From a virus: a DNA stretch of 64,000 nucleotides. Both the position numbers and the translations under genes were made by a program. The stretch is from the IMG/VR virus record IMGVR_UViG_3300020196_000021, positions 10,962-74,961 of that record; one strand, given 5' to 3'. Positions 51,501 to 59,756 of this stretch are shown in pieces. The stretch's first letter is position 1, and each line of letters opens with the position of its first letter. The notes under the pieces were generated by a model, which saw nothing but the letters and a program-made list of their open reading frames with translations, did not search any database and was not told the DNA's origin.

Positions 51501-54500
51501 GACAGAATGTATTACTGCACTAAATCCATCTGCTGTTTTTATTGTCGATCCATTTGAAAATGGAGTTGATTCATCATAGTATTCTAAGTAATCATATTCA
51601 GTAAATGTTGTTGATACTATGTCTTTTCCTTCTATAACACTAACAAATCCAGCTGCACCAAATCCACTAGTTTCAGTATTATTGAATATTAGTTTATCTC
51701 CAATTTTATATCCAGAACCGCCGTCAACAATATTAATTGATTGGACACTAGCTTCTGTTGATGATGGAATTGACTCTACAATAAAACTTCCAGGATCTAA
51801 TGGTCTAGTTTTTTTGTATACATCTGTTGCTGGATCTAAATAACGACTTAAATTAAAAATTTGATTTAATAAAGGAATCTCAGATAAATTGAATTCTGAA
51901 TATGTTTTTCCTGAAAATTCAGATCCCACGAAGTAAGGAAATCCCAATTGCTTATTATTAAGATCAACTGTCATAAAATAAGCATATACTCCATTTGGAA
52001 ATTCAGGAGTTATGCAGTACCTTCCGTTTTGCCTGTCTAAAGTAGCTTGAGAAGGAGACCAATAATAATCTTCTTCAAATGATCCAATTGCATAATTTTG
52101 AAGACCTCCATTTGCAGAAGGCAATAATCTAATTGGATTTAAATTGGTCTCAATTTTTTTCCAACCAGAAACCATTTTTTTGATAGTTGATTCTTCAAGT
52201 GGATTTTGATATCCATATGGACCATAAATTGGACTACCATCTAGGGACCATCCAATTATAGGAGAATGCTTTGTAGAATCAGTTAAATTTACATTAACTA
52301 AACTTTTTTTTAATTTTAATTGTTTTGGTGCCCCAATAATTGTATATTTTTTGGGGAATACTTTATCAGACGCTGGAATGATAGTACTTGAATATTGATA
52401 TGATTTTCCAGATTCTACAGGAACAGGATCAAATTCATAAGAATTATTTTCCCCATATGTCAAAAGTAAAGTTTTTAAATCTGATGGAAGAGGATTATTC
52501 TCTATAATATTGATTCTAAATTTATTATCAATAATTTGACCAGATACGTTTTCTTCAAAAATAATTTCAAATTTAATAGGATTAGTCCTATTAAATCCTC
52601 TTACAAAATGAAAACCTTCATATCTTAATACATATAAATCTGATACTTGATTTGCAGTGTTTAATCTCATTTCTACATTATCTAATCCCCAAGTATCAAG
52701 TCCAGCACTAGTTCGTGTGTAATTTGGTTGTATTAATTTAAATCTAATAAAAGGATCTAATAAAGGACCTTCAAGCCTTACAGTAATGGGTTTCCAACTT
52801 CCACCTCCATAAGTATCAATTGAATACATTGAAAATGGAGTCCAAGTTGCACCATTATTTTTACTGTATTGAAGTTGTACAGGTTCATTTACTTCTGGAG
52901 AGTTTCCAATTGTATTAGGAGGAGCAGAATAAATTAAATCAAATTTAAAAAATCCTCCATTAAGAGTATTAAATGGTTGCGTTGTAAATGATCTTGTGGG
53001 CAAACCATTAAAATAAAGTGCAGAAGTATTTGGACTTGGCCAATTATTTGTGTTTTCTGCTCCAAAAACAGAAGCAATAATGTCAACGGTAACTGTATTT
53101 GATCTTTCTACATAACTGTCAAAAAACCTATCAATAATTAAATCATCTTTTCCTATTTGAATTGATGCACCTAAAGAAGTTGGGGTAAGTTGCTCTGCTG
53201 CCCATCCTTCTAATGCCAATGGATTATTTTCATTGAAGAAAATAAATCCATTTGTACTTACGAAAAGGTTTTCTCCTTTTTTAACTAAAGTTGGAGTGTT
53301 TGAAGTTGTTCCAAATCTAATATCAAAAGGCACTTTTAATTGTAAATATCCATCGTCAACTAAATCAAATCCTACCTCGTTAACTAAATCAACAACTGGT
53401 ACATTTGCAGAATAGGTAACACCTTCATAAGTAACTGAAGTTAATCCATTTTGAGTAACTGAAGTATTTTGTTGGTACGGTACTTCTTCAAATTTTGGAA
53501 TTATTGTTTCAATATTTTGAAGTACTTCTGTGCCAAAAAGTAATCCTCCTGTTGAAGAATCATAATTTGGATCATTATCAGTATTATAATTGTTAAGTAA
53601 TGTCCAATTATCTACAATTGGATTTAAAAGTGATTCAGAACCAGATTCAAAAATTTGAATACTTGTTCCAAATTGAGAATAGTTAATACCTCCGTTTAAA
53701 ATTTTATATTCAATTACTGCTCCTGTTACAGTATTGATTTTAGATATAATTTTTGCTCCCTGTCCCTTTCCAGTAGAATCAACTATTTTGACAATTGGTG
53801 GTGACTTATAGCTTTGACCATTATTAACTGGGGTTATTTCAGTAATTACTCCACTTTCAATTGTTAATATTGCAGTAGCACCTTCTCCAAATGTAGTTAA
53901 TATGGAAGGATTGTCATTGTATTTTGATCCAGGATTTGTGATATTAACTCTATGAATTGGTCCTGCAACTAAACAAGATAATACTGCTTCTTCAGTAGAC
54001 GCATTGGCATCATTGAAGAAATTTGGGCTTATTCTTAATGTTGGTTGTTTTGAATACCCATATCCAGGATCAATAACTTTTACTCTAGTAATTTTTCCCT
54101 TTACAACAACAGGTTCTAAAACGGCAGATCTAAATTTACTATTAAATTCAGTATCTGTTGGATCTTTATCTACAGTTATAATAGTTGTTGCTGGATATCC
54201 TTTTCCAAAGGATTCCACATAAATTTCTTTAATAGAACCATTGACAACTAAATTTCCTAATGCAGTTGTGCCACCACTGATTTTTGGTGCAGTAAATGTT
54301 ATTACTGGTGGACTTGAAACATTATAATCTGAACCACCATCAGTAACAGTAACTGTTTTAAGTGATCCTCTAGTAATGACGACGTTACTTTTCCAATTTA
54401 ATATTGGTGTGCCATCAACTAAAAATCCAACAGGTGCATCTGGCGTTGTTTTTTCTTTAAATCCTTCAAGAGATTTTGTATAAATTAAAGGTATTTTTAT

Positions 54501-55922
54501 AAAATGTTCAGCATCTTCAACTTTAACATTTGATGGTGTTGAAAATGAATAATAAGGAATTCCTGAACTATACAGATAAACTGCTTCTTGATCTGTATAT
54601 AAAGATGCAACTCCAGCAACTAAATTTTTATTCAAATTTACTGGAATATTTTCATTAGTTACCCAAGAAGTTAATAATAAATTTGATATATTAATTGATA
54701 CGTCTTTTACAAATCCAATATCACCTTCTTGATAATAAGTATAATTTTTTAATATATCATATCCCACTACACCAGAGAAAATTAAGAAGTATGAATCTGG
54801 TCTATCTTTTACTGATGCTAAAGTAGAAAGATCATAAATTCTTTGCCCAATTGAATAAAAACTTGGAATTTCTTCTAATTCAAAATAATTATATTCTTTT
54901 CTTGAATATTTTACAAGATCATCACCTATTCTCAGAAAACCAACTTCTGGAAATCCAAATGTAGTATCTACATATAATCTATTGTTGATAATGTATTGAG
55001 TTATAATTGCAAATTGAGTTGCTACAATATTTTGCCCATTGCTTACCTCAAGTTCATAAACTTGACTTGAAGCAGCAAAGTTATTCTCTACCGTTTGAAC
55101 ATTAAATTCCTTACCATTCTGTACAAGAATTTTATCAACAAGATCTGGAATGTAATAATTATCTAACGACTCTGTACGAACAATAAATTTTGTCTGATAA
55201 ATTGCATCAGATGGAGCAAGTAATTGGGATTTGTAATTAGTAATCTCAGGAACATTTTGGAAAAGATATTTAAAGTAGAATTCAATCCCTTTTGGAGTTC
55301 CTTTACTTAAATAGAAATCTTTGATTCTTTTTAGGATTAAATTAAAATTAAGTTTATCTTTATTTTCTATTAAAGAATTTTGTGGATAATTAACTAAAAA
55401 TTGCTGTCTTAATTTATCAAGAAAATATAATAAGTAATTGAAAGATTGATTTAAAACAATAGAAGATGCAATATGCTTTGCTGGTTCTGTTTTAATATTT
55501 GGAACAAATCCATCTTCATAAGTTAATTCATTATAAGTGTAACCTCTTATGCAACCTTTAAATACAGTAATTTTATAAACATTAAATTCATCAGTAATAT
55601 ACTCTCTTTCCTTATATAAAATTACTTCGTCATCAATTTTAAGCAATCCATCAGTTCGTGGAAACTTAACGTGACCAATTACTGAAATTTCAGTATCTGT
55701 GATAGAAATAGGTTCTTTTGTAGATGCTTTTAAATCTATTTCTGCATAGGTATCAATATCTGTAATATCTAACAACCCATTGATTAAATCAATAGGATTG
55801 CCATTGGACTCCAGAAATTCATAATAACTTTGTAAAAATTTTACAAGAGTTGGATATTGATCTTGATAGAAAACTGGAAATTGATTTTGTACAGAACTAG
55901 ATACAACCGATTGATTAAACAT
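45519..55922 (-). CDS. gp7: Giant baseplate wedge initiator gp7-like protein (3467 aa) with YHYH-like and other inserted domains
   Basis: N-terminal QFP..FLQSYYEFLE and IKDFYLSKGT; LQDSFRYQKFAY..HPAG; between gp6 and gp8. Confidence 0.85.
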   Translation of the reverse strand: MFNQSVVSSSVQNQFPVFYQDQYPTLVKFLQSYYEFLESNGNPIDLINGLLDITDIDTYAEIDLKASTKEPISITDTEISVIGHVKFPRTDGLLKIDDEVILYKEREYITDEFNVYKITVFKGCIRGYTYNELTYEDGFVPNIKTEPAKHIASSIVLNQSFNYLLYFLDKLRQQFLVNYPQNSLIENKDKLNFNLILKRIKDFYLSKGTPKGIEFYFKYLFQNVPEITNYKSQLLAPSDAIYQTKFIVRTESLDNYYIPDLVDKILVQNGKEFNVQTVENNFAASSQVYELEVSNGQNIVATQFAIITQYIINNRLYVDTTFGFPEVGFLRIGDDLVKYSRKEYNYFELEEIPSFYSIGQRIYDLSTLASVKDRPDSYFLIFSGVVGYDILKNYTYYQEGDIGFVKDVSINISNLLLTSWVTNENIPVNLNKNLVAGVASLYTDQEAVYLYSSGIPYYSFSTPSNVKVEDAEHFIKIPLIYTKSLEGFKEKTTPDAPVGFLVDGTPILNWKSNVVITRGSLKTVTVTDGGSDYNVSSPPVITFTAPKISGGTTALGNLVVNGSIKEIYVESFGKGYPATTIITVDKDPTDTEFNSKFRSAVLEPVVVKGKITRVKVIDPGYGYSKQPTLRISPNFFNDANASTEEAVLSCLVAGPIHRVNITNPGSKYNDNPSILTTFGEGATAILTIESGVITEITPVNNGQSYKSPPIVKIVDSTGKGQGAKIISKINTVTGAVIEYKILNGGINYSQFGTSIQIFESGSESLLNPIVDNWTLLNNYNTDNDPNYDSSTGGLLFGTEVLQNIETIIPKFEEVPYQQNTSVTQNGLTSVTYEGVTYSANVPVVDLVNEVGFDLVDDGYLQLKVPFDIRFGTTSNTPTLVKKGENLFVSTNGFIFFNENNPLALEGWAAEQLTPTSLGASIQIGKDDLIIDRFFDSYVERSNTVTVDIIASVFGAENTNNWPSPNTSALYFNGLPTRSFTTQPFNTLNGGFFKFDLIYSAPPNTIGNSPEVNEPVQLQYSKNNGATWTPFSMYSIDTYGGGSWKPITVRLEGPLLDPFIRFKLIQPNYTRTSAGLDTWGLDNVEMRLNTANQVSDLYVLRYEGFHFVRGFNRTNPIKFEIIFEENVSGQIIDNKFRINIIENNPLPSDLKTLLLTYGENNSYEFDPVPVESGKSYQYSSTIIPASDKVFPKKYTIIGAPKQLKLKKSLVNVNLTDSTKHSPIIGWSLDGSPIYGPYGYQNPLEESTIKKMVSGWKKIETNLNPIRLLPSANGGLQNYAIGSFEEDYYWSPSQATLDRQNGRYCITPEFPNGVYAYFMTVDLNNKQLGFPYFVGSEFSGKTYSEFNLSEIPLLNQIFNLSRYLDPATDVYKKTRPLDPGSFIVESIPSSTEASVQSINIVDGGSGYKIGDKLIFNNTETSGFGAAGFVSVIEGKDIVSTTFTEYDYLEYYDESTPFSNGSTIKTADGFSAVIHSVNQNDRYAYLKNVTGNNPSSGEPIFDSTLTPEVLISNELTGTNATVAVINGLETKCTLDSDIDSATTYLSIFGFTNCTIDDFFSLTINKYIKIDDEYMLVKYKASSDKILVERGINSIQTPHADGSTVTLLSELPVFDSSKFNIGDIIKVDEEIFKVVNITVTKTIQNLFTKIKDGSGTTGANTYYLFINGILQLNSSAQVPAQGTVVLNANGDVSDLVFDQPPNQTGITVNGSIMSNPRIELLTSQTYIKANIVSNIDIIGSNFKHILTVERQSFNTVRSLHYPRSIVTKLRYINAKVKSYQENRILSRFTSNGNGLVQGDQITVNASRKLENNYNVNFTINPVNFTITKGSETYTNGSTLEMYERSKYIFNVQSVEPITVQFFSFSTELDKQKEYFDIDNTIELDGSGKITKFTIVPKSSDLTNVIMRITLQSQGIYRDVKLNIRFEPYNGEFYIENSTSNYFEFYIDRNPLFTDYNSNTINYITTSKVANGPIHKATLTSGGFDYKILPSVTGFVTANGVGATLEAFSSTVGSVKSIANASNGYGYSPNPSYSPVISFPIIAKLKNNYKVVSYRIDDPGDGYLFSNSPVIKGGGLGDGDTQHASLIVNVNNEKVISVDIIYPGVSYSSAPTIDVEKTYFTTINSNGDLSFKFDFTDYFQENDSYKVRAYYLDTNSNLKYQESTVTFFADLQTASIKSKLTLASQTYVNPLDYISVPTNAQVQYYKVLLNERKASITLIIDKSDFFANEKVIINDNPNTFGYVSTIKGWQKNNSILRITGLQYELKVNDIIRGVNSESYGKIDFVDGVNTSLKLGAYLEQPKLFLSQNSFLGENIFKLQDSFRYQKFAYEISSNVPVDKWRENYISTAHPAGYNLFAKTKINQRAKLPVTSETKVTISTDVSSIVRLNQKYNYLITKNISVDEVQVANKLLTDVKNIKTSVVAAFEDFSNEFNGIKTSFELKVIDPIQPKNDDGVTDKYITNYSIDQMLVILDNIVQTYGDSWTVTDADKTFSFESVENAGQLMPGGDVLFYRQLNEANVIYGFNEITTSASTTFPLIQQNGSAFPSAVVGSNYNASDWLVFVDGVLQSSSDSYTLSAGNLVFSESIPAGSQISARCIVGSHRNQFTNGSVTSGNAISIASKPVTVSKESYFIFVDGILIKTSDYSLNSSNNVIFNYSFNYDSLVVYIDPKLVSLETSSHNILSELYNYKIEDGQTDIPVGLVIDSNQYILDINGVVQTPFVSYLAGSSGIRKINFTEPPQKYFKGDIEVGRQFVGLLYQRQDVSGALGSTPNYQFDDISKNRIFIKNNVSNLIVGDYIVSPTNGSNAIVDNIIDKQIRKTVIQSVSSTVVAPNNTITINLNSVLGISVGDRVVFDPAIGLTSVDGNELEITSINKINSTVTLRNISTSSLTITLPLNNSIRFNHRELVVVKINTTQVNRDNAFSSGTTLLSGYVSSSETSTQTTLDESYMVLSSDTTINVVSSSGFANDDYILVNDVEVMKITNISSNVLTVLRGQLASIIPNVHSNGSNVTKITPVSLECSGFARGFDSNKTRFPLLKDGNSVYIEANKDIFVIVNGILQKRGSSYTIIENNPNNTSNDGDEYSEIQFNEPPTDSTPFNCFYVGETISIQNISSQFNSIKTNFDLRSVTGEIFSLISNNRPEANISANLILFIDGVYQIPSTTESGRLEAYSDSLSSYKLLGSIIDFNSPPKRGSDFEGYIFVGSQSDYNTIDIDVAVEPNDILLQYNEVSPRRILQKTSATKLSVTESFGVLYEASNGIELGSDRGNNWWKTDLIKSARVRESLRSRRTINSSIFQIGTPSPYPLTGKTLFTTSIPSIKINNVSSDFPTSPDDDTNKISFIIPAGTNFPKRMVDFTYVSFVPRNQLIVGSKDELQNLKIVDLPFNQILKVSGSASDLSTYYFGGNANTSEFTVVNFDIIDKIIYIKLTDTAKPVTTANWTNFLGYTLTADNLINEYQTLTVGTNLIYNF

Positions 55923-55924
55923 AT

Positions 55925-57769
55925 TTAACTAGATACTGGAATTTGTCCTACGCCTGATGATCTTGATGCTGATGTAATTTGATCAAGTATTGTCACCACA
56001 GTAATATCTTCCTCAGAAATTAAAAGATAAAGATCTCTTAATGATATAATGTCATTTGATGCTGGTTTTACTGAAAATTCAATATATCCAGAACCATTTG
56101 TTGCAGAGTTAATATTAATAGCACTAATATTTATTTCACCCTTGTTATAGTCAATATTGCCAATATTTTTATTATAATAGATTTTCTTACTTCCATCAAT
56201 TCTATAAATTGCTATTGTATTAGTACCAAGTTTTTCAAAGTAGAAATTGTAAAGTGGATTTTCGCCAGTAATTTTAAAAGCAGTTGATGTTACTTCAGTA
56301 GATTCTGATATTCTATTACCATAACACACTTGATAAGATGCAAAAATATTAGAAAGAATGGGAAGATTCTTTCTCATTCTAATTCTAGTGATATTAGATG
56401 TAATGCCAGGATCTACGCTATCAACTAATGATACTAACTTACTATGCTTAAACTTGCCTTTAAATTTGTTTACATCTTTAGATTCACCGAATGAGAATAT
56501 AGTTTTGCGAACAAGTTCTGAAATTTCTTGTTGAGATCTTCTAGTTTTATTGGAATCATAATAAACATAACTTTCAACTTCCAAATAAAGATATGAAGGA
56601 TCTTTTATTTCTGGAATAACTGAAAGAATAGTGTATTCTTTAATTGATTTTAATAAATTCTGTTTTCCTGTCGTAGTTAACGCTTCTGATCCTTTTGGTT
56701 TAGCAACAATAAAAACTTTACCATACTGTGGTGGATCTGCATCTTCTCCACCATAAACAGTTAATGATTCTAAGTTTGGAACTACTCTATTAATTAAAGT
56801 TTCATAATCTCTGATAGTTACTGCTCTATTTTGTGCAGCATAGTATCTTGGAGCAAGATATTTAATTGATGTAATAGATTCTGGTTGTGCTCCACCAGCA
56901 GATGCATTAATGACAGTAATTGTTGAATCTACATCTGAAATTATTTGAGAACCATATTCCAATGATCCTATAAATTCAAACGATGCACATTCATTAGCAA
57001 TATCTTTGTCTGTAATAAAATACTCAATTGAAATAATATCCTTATTTTGTAATTTTCTACCAAATGTATTGTCACCAAAAATTAATTCAAACTGTTCGTT
57101 TTTATTTTCTTGAATAAAAAAGATTTTATCTGTTGGTCCAACTTCTGTAATATCTACTGCTTTCTTATATGATTGGGGAACACTAAATCCAGGTTCTTGT
57201 ACAGATACCCTAGTAAGTTCTACATCTGAATCAGCATTAGGAATAATAAATCTTTGAGATGTTGAGGTATCATTTACATAGTTTGAATTTAAAATATTCC
57301 CTTGGTAGATATCAATTTCATTAAATGTAATTTTTCGTATACCATTTATATCAACATACGATTCTCTTGTAATGTCATCTAAAATTGAAAATGTATGACT
57401 TCCAGATCCATTACTACCAATGAAGGAAATACCTTTCTTCATTGTTAAAGATTTGATATTTGGTGATACCTGAACATCAAATGTAATAGTTGCCTTTGAT
57501 GCAACAGCAGATCTTGGAGTGTATCCTACTAATTTAGCAAGAGATACTACGTTTTCACGAATAGACGCACTATCAAAAAATGCCTCATTAGCAACAAGGT
57601 TTGCATTCATTGCCGTATAATAAGTATTATACGACAAAACATCGATCAGTTGTGATAAAACTGATCCTTCAAAATTATAATCAGTGAAAACTTCTGATGA
57701 TCTGAGGTACTCTTTTAAACTTTTTTTGATATCATCAAAATCTAAATTAGTTAACTGATTAAAAGCCAT
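55925..57769 (-). CDS. gp6: Baseplate wedge subunit gp6
   Basis: Motifs LDFDDIK, FTDYNFEGS, LVGYTPRS, QNRAVT..DY, GGEDADPPQYGKVFI. Confidence 0.95.
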   Translation of the reverse strand: MAFNQLTNLDFDDIKKSLKEYLRSSEVFTDYNFEGSVLSQLIDVLSYNTYYTAMNANLVANEAFFDSASIRENVVSLAKLVGYTPRSAVASKATITFDVQVSPNIKSLTMKKGISFIGSNGSGSHTFSILDDITRESYVDINGIRKITFNEIDIYQGNILNSNYVNDTSTSQRFIIPNADSDVELTRVSVQEPGFSVPQSYKKAVDITEVGPTDKIFFIQENKNEQFELIFGDNTFGRKLQNKDIISIEYFITDKDIANECASFEFIGSLEYGSQIISDVDSTITVINASAGGAQPESITSIKYLAPRYYAAQNRAVTIRDYETLINRVVPNLESLTVYGGEDADPPQYGKVFIVAKPKGSEALTTTGKQNLLKSIKEYTILSVIPEIKDPSYLYLEVESYVYYDSNKTRRSQQEISELVRKTIFSFGESKDVNKFKGKFKHSKLVSLVDSVDPGITSNITRIRMRKNLPILSNIFASYQVCYGNRISESTEVTSTAFKITGENPLYNFYFEKLGTNTIAIYRIDGSKKIYYNKNIGNIDYNKGEINISAININSATNGSGYIEFSVKPASNDIISLRDLYLLISEEDITVVTILDQITSASRSSGVGQIPVSS

Positions 57770-58161
57770 TATACTCTTTCTAATACGAGGTTAAGTGATT
57801 GAATATCTAAAGGAATTCCAATTATGCTATAATTAATATCTATAGCTATTGAATTAGAATCAATACTAGAATTGACTTTTATAGTCACTATTTCGACCCT
57901 TGGTTCATATGCTCTTATTGCATCTGACAATGCTGCCTCTATTGTGGCATTTGTGGTGCCATCAAAATTCTCAAATAGTGTTAAAGATGCATTTGAACCA
58001 AAAAATGGTAAGAATGGTCTTTCAAATTTAGCTGTAGTAACAATATTTTTGATTGATTGTCTAATGGCATCCTCATTCTTTAGTGTCGCCACATCGCCAG
58101 TGATTGGATTACGTGTTAATGTTGGGTTAAGATCAACAAATTTTTTAGAAATTTGCGCCAT
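57769..58161 (-). CDS. gp25: Baseplate wedge subunit gp25
   Basis: Motifs AIRQSIKNIV, ERPF..FGS, YEPRV. Confidence 0.92.
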   Translation of the reverse strand: MAQISKKFVDLNPTLTRNPITGDVATLKNEDAIRQSIKNIVTTAKFERPFLPFFGSNASLTLFENFDGTTNATIEAALSDAIRAYEPRVEIVTIKVNSSIDSNSIAIDINYSIIGIPLDIQSLNLVLERV

Positions 58162-58194
58162 TTTGCCTTCCTTTATACACTATATAGCGGTAAA

Positions 58195-58395
58195 TTAGAC
58201 GAACCACTCCACATAATCATCAAAACCATCTTTTCCGCCACATTGGCGAGAAAGACGGTCATCTGGCACTGTATATTTTGCTTTTTTTGCTAGTTTTAAG
58301 TACTTTTCTGATGCTAAATTAGTAATCAGAACCAGTGTTCCATGCTCTTTTTGCATGATTTCTGGAATAAAATCTGGATTTGGTGAGTTTGCCAT
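58195..58395 (-). CDS. Conserved cyanophage hypothetical protein
   Basis: 66 aa, MANSPNPD..., with AAGGAGG RBS (inside a hairpin). Confidence 0.75.
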   Translation of the reverse strand: MANSPNPDFIPEIMQKEHGTLVLITNLASEKYLKLAKKAKYTVPDDRLSRQCGGKDGFDDYVEWFV

Positions 58396-58396
58396 T

Positions 58397-58441
58397 AAAA
58401 AACCTCCTTAAATTCTGTTTCCAGAACTTTTAAGGAGGTTT
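58397..58441 (-). terminator. Long GAAA-tetraloop hairpin with U-tract that also sequesters an AAGGAGG RBS
   Basis: Minus strand reads AAACCTCCTTAAAAGTTCTG-GAAA-CAGAATTTAAGGAGGTTTTTT-A-ATG. Confidence 0.7.
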
Positions 58442-58474
58442 CTATCTCCAAAAATATTTATTTTTGGACTTTAT

Positions 58475-58627
58475 TCAGGATTTTCCTTGACCACGATACC
58501 TTTTTTTACGTCCATTGCGAGAAGAAGCACTCAGAAGTGTATTTTTTGAGCACCCTTGACGTGTTTTTTTCGGTCCACTTGGTTTAAATTCAATACGAGC
58601 TAATCCAACTTTTGATCTGGCAGCCAT
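58475..58627 (-). CDS. 50-aa highly basic protein
   Basis: Manually translated: MAARSKVGLARIEFKPSGPKKTRQGCSKNTLLSASSRNGRKKRYRGQGKS. Has its own sigma70 promoter. Confidence 0.8.
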   Translation of the reverse strand: MAARSKVGLARIEFKPSGPKKTRQGCSKNTLLSASSRNGRKKRYRGQGKS

Positions 58628-58654
58628 AGATTCGGATTTTTTAACTACTTGACT

Positions 58655-58683
58655 AGTATAGCAGGGATTTGGGGAGTTGTCAA
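58655..58683 (-). promoter_or_regulatory. Near-consensus sigma70 promoter TTGACA-N17-TATACT
   Basis: -35 at 58678-58683, 17-nt spacer, -10 at 58655-58660. Confidence 0.88.
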
Positions 58684-58689
58684 GAGGGT

Positions 58690-58995
58690 TTAGAAGATAC
58701 CTGCAAAGACATTATATGACCCCTGAGCAATTTTATCGCCACATGCGATCTGATCACCAATCCTACCAGGGGGTCTCATGTTAAAATAAACGTTCAGAGG
58801 ACCGTCTGAGATCGGTCTAAAGGTGTGTGGAGGAGGGCATTGGGCACATGGACATGCATGGGGGGCAAACAGGTCTCCAATCCTGCCTGCAGGGATCATA
58901 TTGACATAGACATTTTGTGATGCTTGAGTCAACGCTGTTGGTGGATAGCAAATATGCCCAGTGGACATTGCTCCAATGTATGTGCAACCTTTCAT
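58690..58995 (-). CDS. PAAR-repeat spike tip protein (gp5.4-like)
   Basis: Motifs GH, NVYVN..PAGRIGD..PH, H..I..G..NVYFN..PPGRIGD..CG..IAQGS.NVF. Confidence 0.9.
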   Translation of the reverse strand: MKGCTYIGAMSTGHICYPPTALTQASQNVYVNMIPAGRIGDLFAPHACPCAQCPPPHTFRPISDGPLNVYFNMRPPGRIGDQIACGDKIAQGSYNVFAGIF

Positions 58996-58997
58996 AG

Positions 58998-59756
58998 TTA
59001 ACCTATAATTTCTAGTATTTGTTCGTCAGACAAACGACCTGTCTGACTATTTACCTTATTTACAAACCTTCGTGAGGCAATGTCTTTATCATCGTACACA
59101 ATTTGTTTAATTGGGAATGTTCCTGCTCCAATTCCGCATGAACTTGTAACGATTACCGTAAATTGCACAATAATCATGTAGTTTGGATCTGGATAATAAT
59201 GCTGCATATGATTATGACCACTAGGAATCTCAGCCTCCATTCCAGTAACAGGTGTCCCTGCAATCGGCAACCCCCCTAACGGATTTTTATAGATTGATCG
59301 AAGAGTAGCAGATCCTTGATTTAAAGTTCCATAGGTTGCTGGATACCCACTTGGAGATGTTGTAGTGGTCGGTAAATGAATAACACCACCAGGAAGATCA
59401 TTACGATACTTATATTGCTTGTTAGGAAATAGATAATCCGTATAAGTACCCGTAACGGTCATTGTAATTGTACCAGGAAAGGTACATGTTGCTGTCGCCA
59501 CACCAGTCCCCAAGGTAGCACTACCGCTTGTACCTGATGTACTGATTAATGTGACGATTAAACCAGGATCTCCAAAATATGCAGAAGGGCTTACTACTGG
59601 TTGGAAACTAGGCACAGTGACTGTAAAAACCTCTGGTACTCCAGGTGGAATTGGTGGGCATATCACACCAGTCCAAATATTTGGAGTCCAAACGACTGGT
59701 TTCATCACAATACTAGGTTGTGGTTGAATTGGTGTATAAACGGTAGGAACTGGCAT
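58998..59756 (-). CDS. Pro/Thr-rich hypothetical protein (paralog of the C-terminal half of the next ORF)
   Basis: 252 aa; shares LFPN, EIP..M..Y..DP, V.FTV and GAG motifs with 59756..61240. Confidence 0.7.
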   Translation of the reverse strand: MPVPTVYTPIQPQPSIVMKPVVWTPNIWTGVICPPIPPGVPEVFTVTVPSFQPVVSPSAYFGDPGLIVTLISTSGTSGSATLGTGVATATCTFPGTITMTVTGTYTDYLFPNKQYKYRNDLPGGVIHLPTTTTSPSGYPATYGTLNQGSATLRSIYKNPLGGLPIAGTPVTGMEAEIPSGHNHMQHYYPDPNYMIIVQFTVIVTSSCGIGAGTFPIKQIVYDDKDIASRRFVNKVNSQTGRLSDEQILEIIG

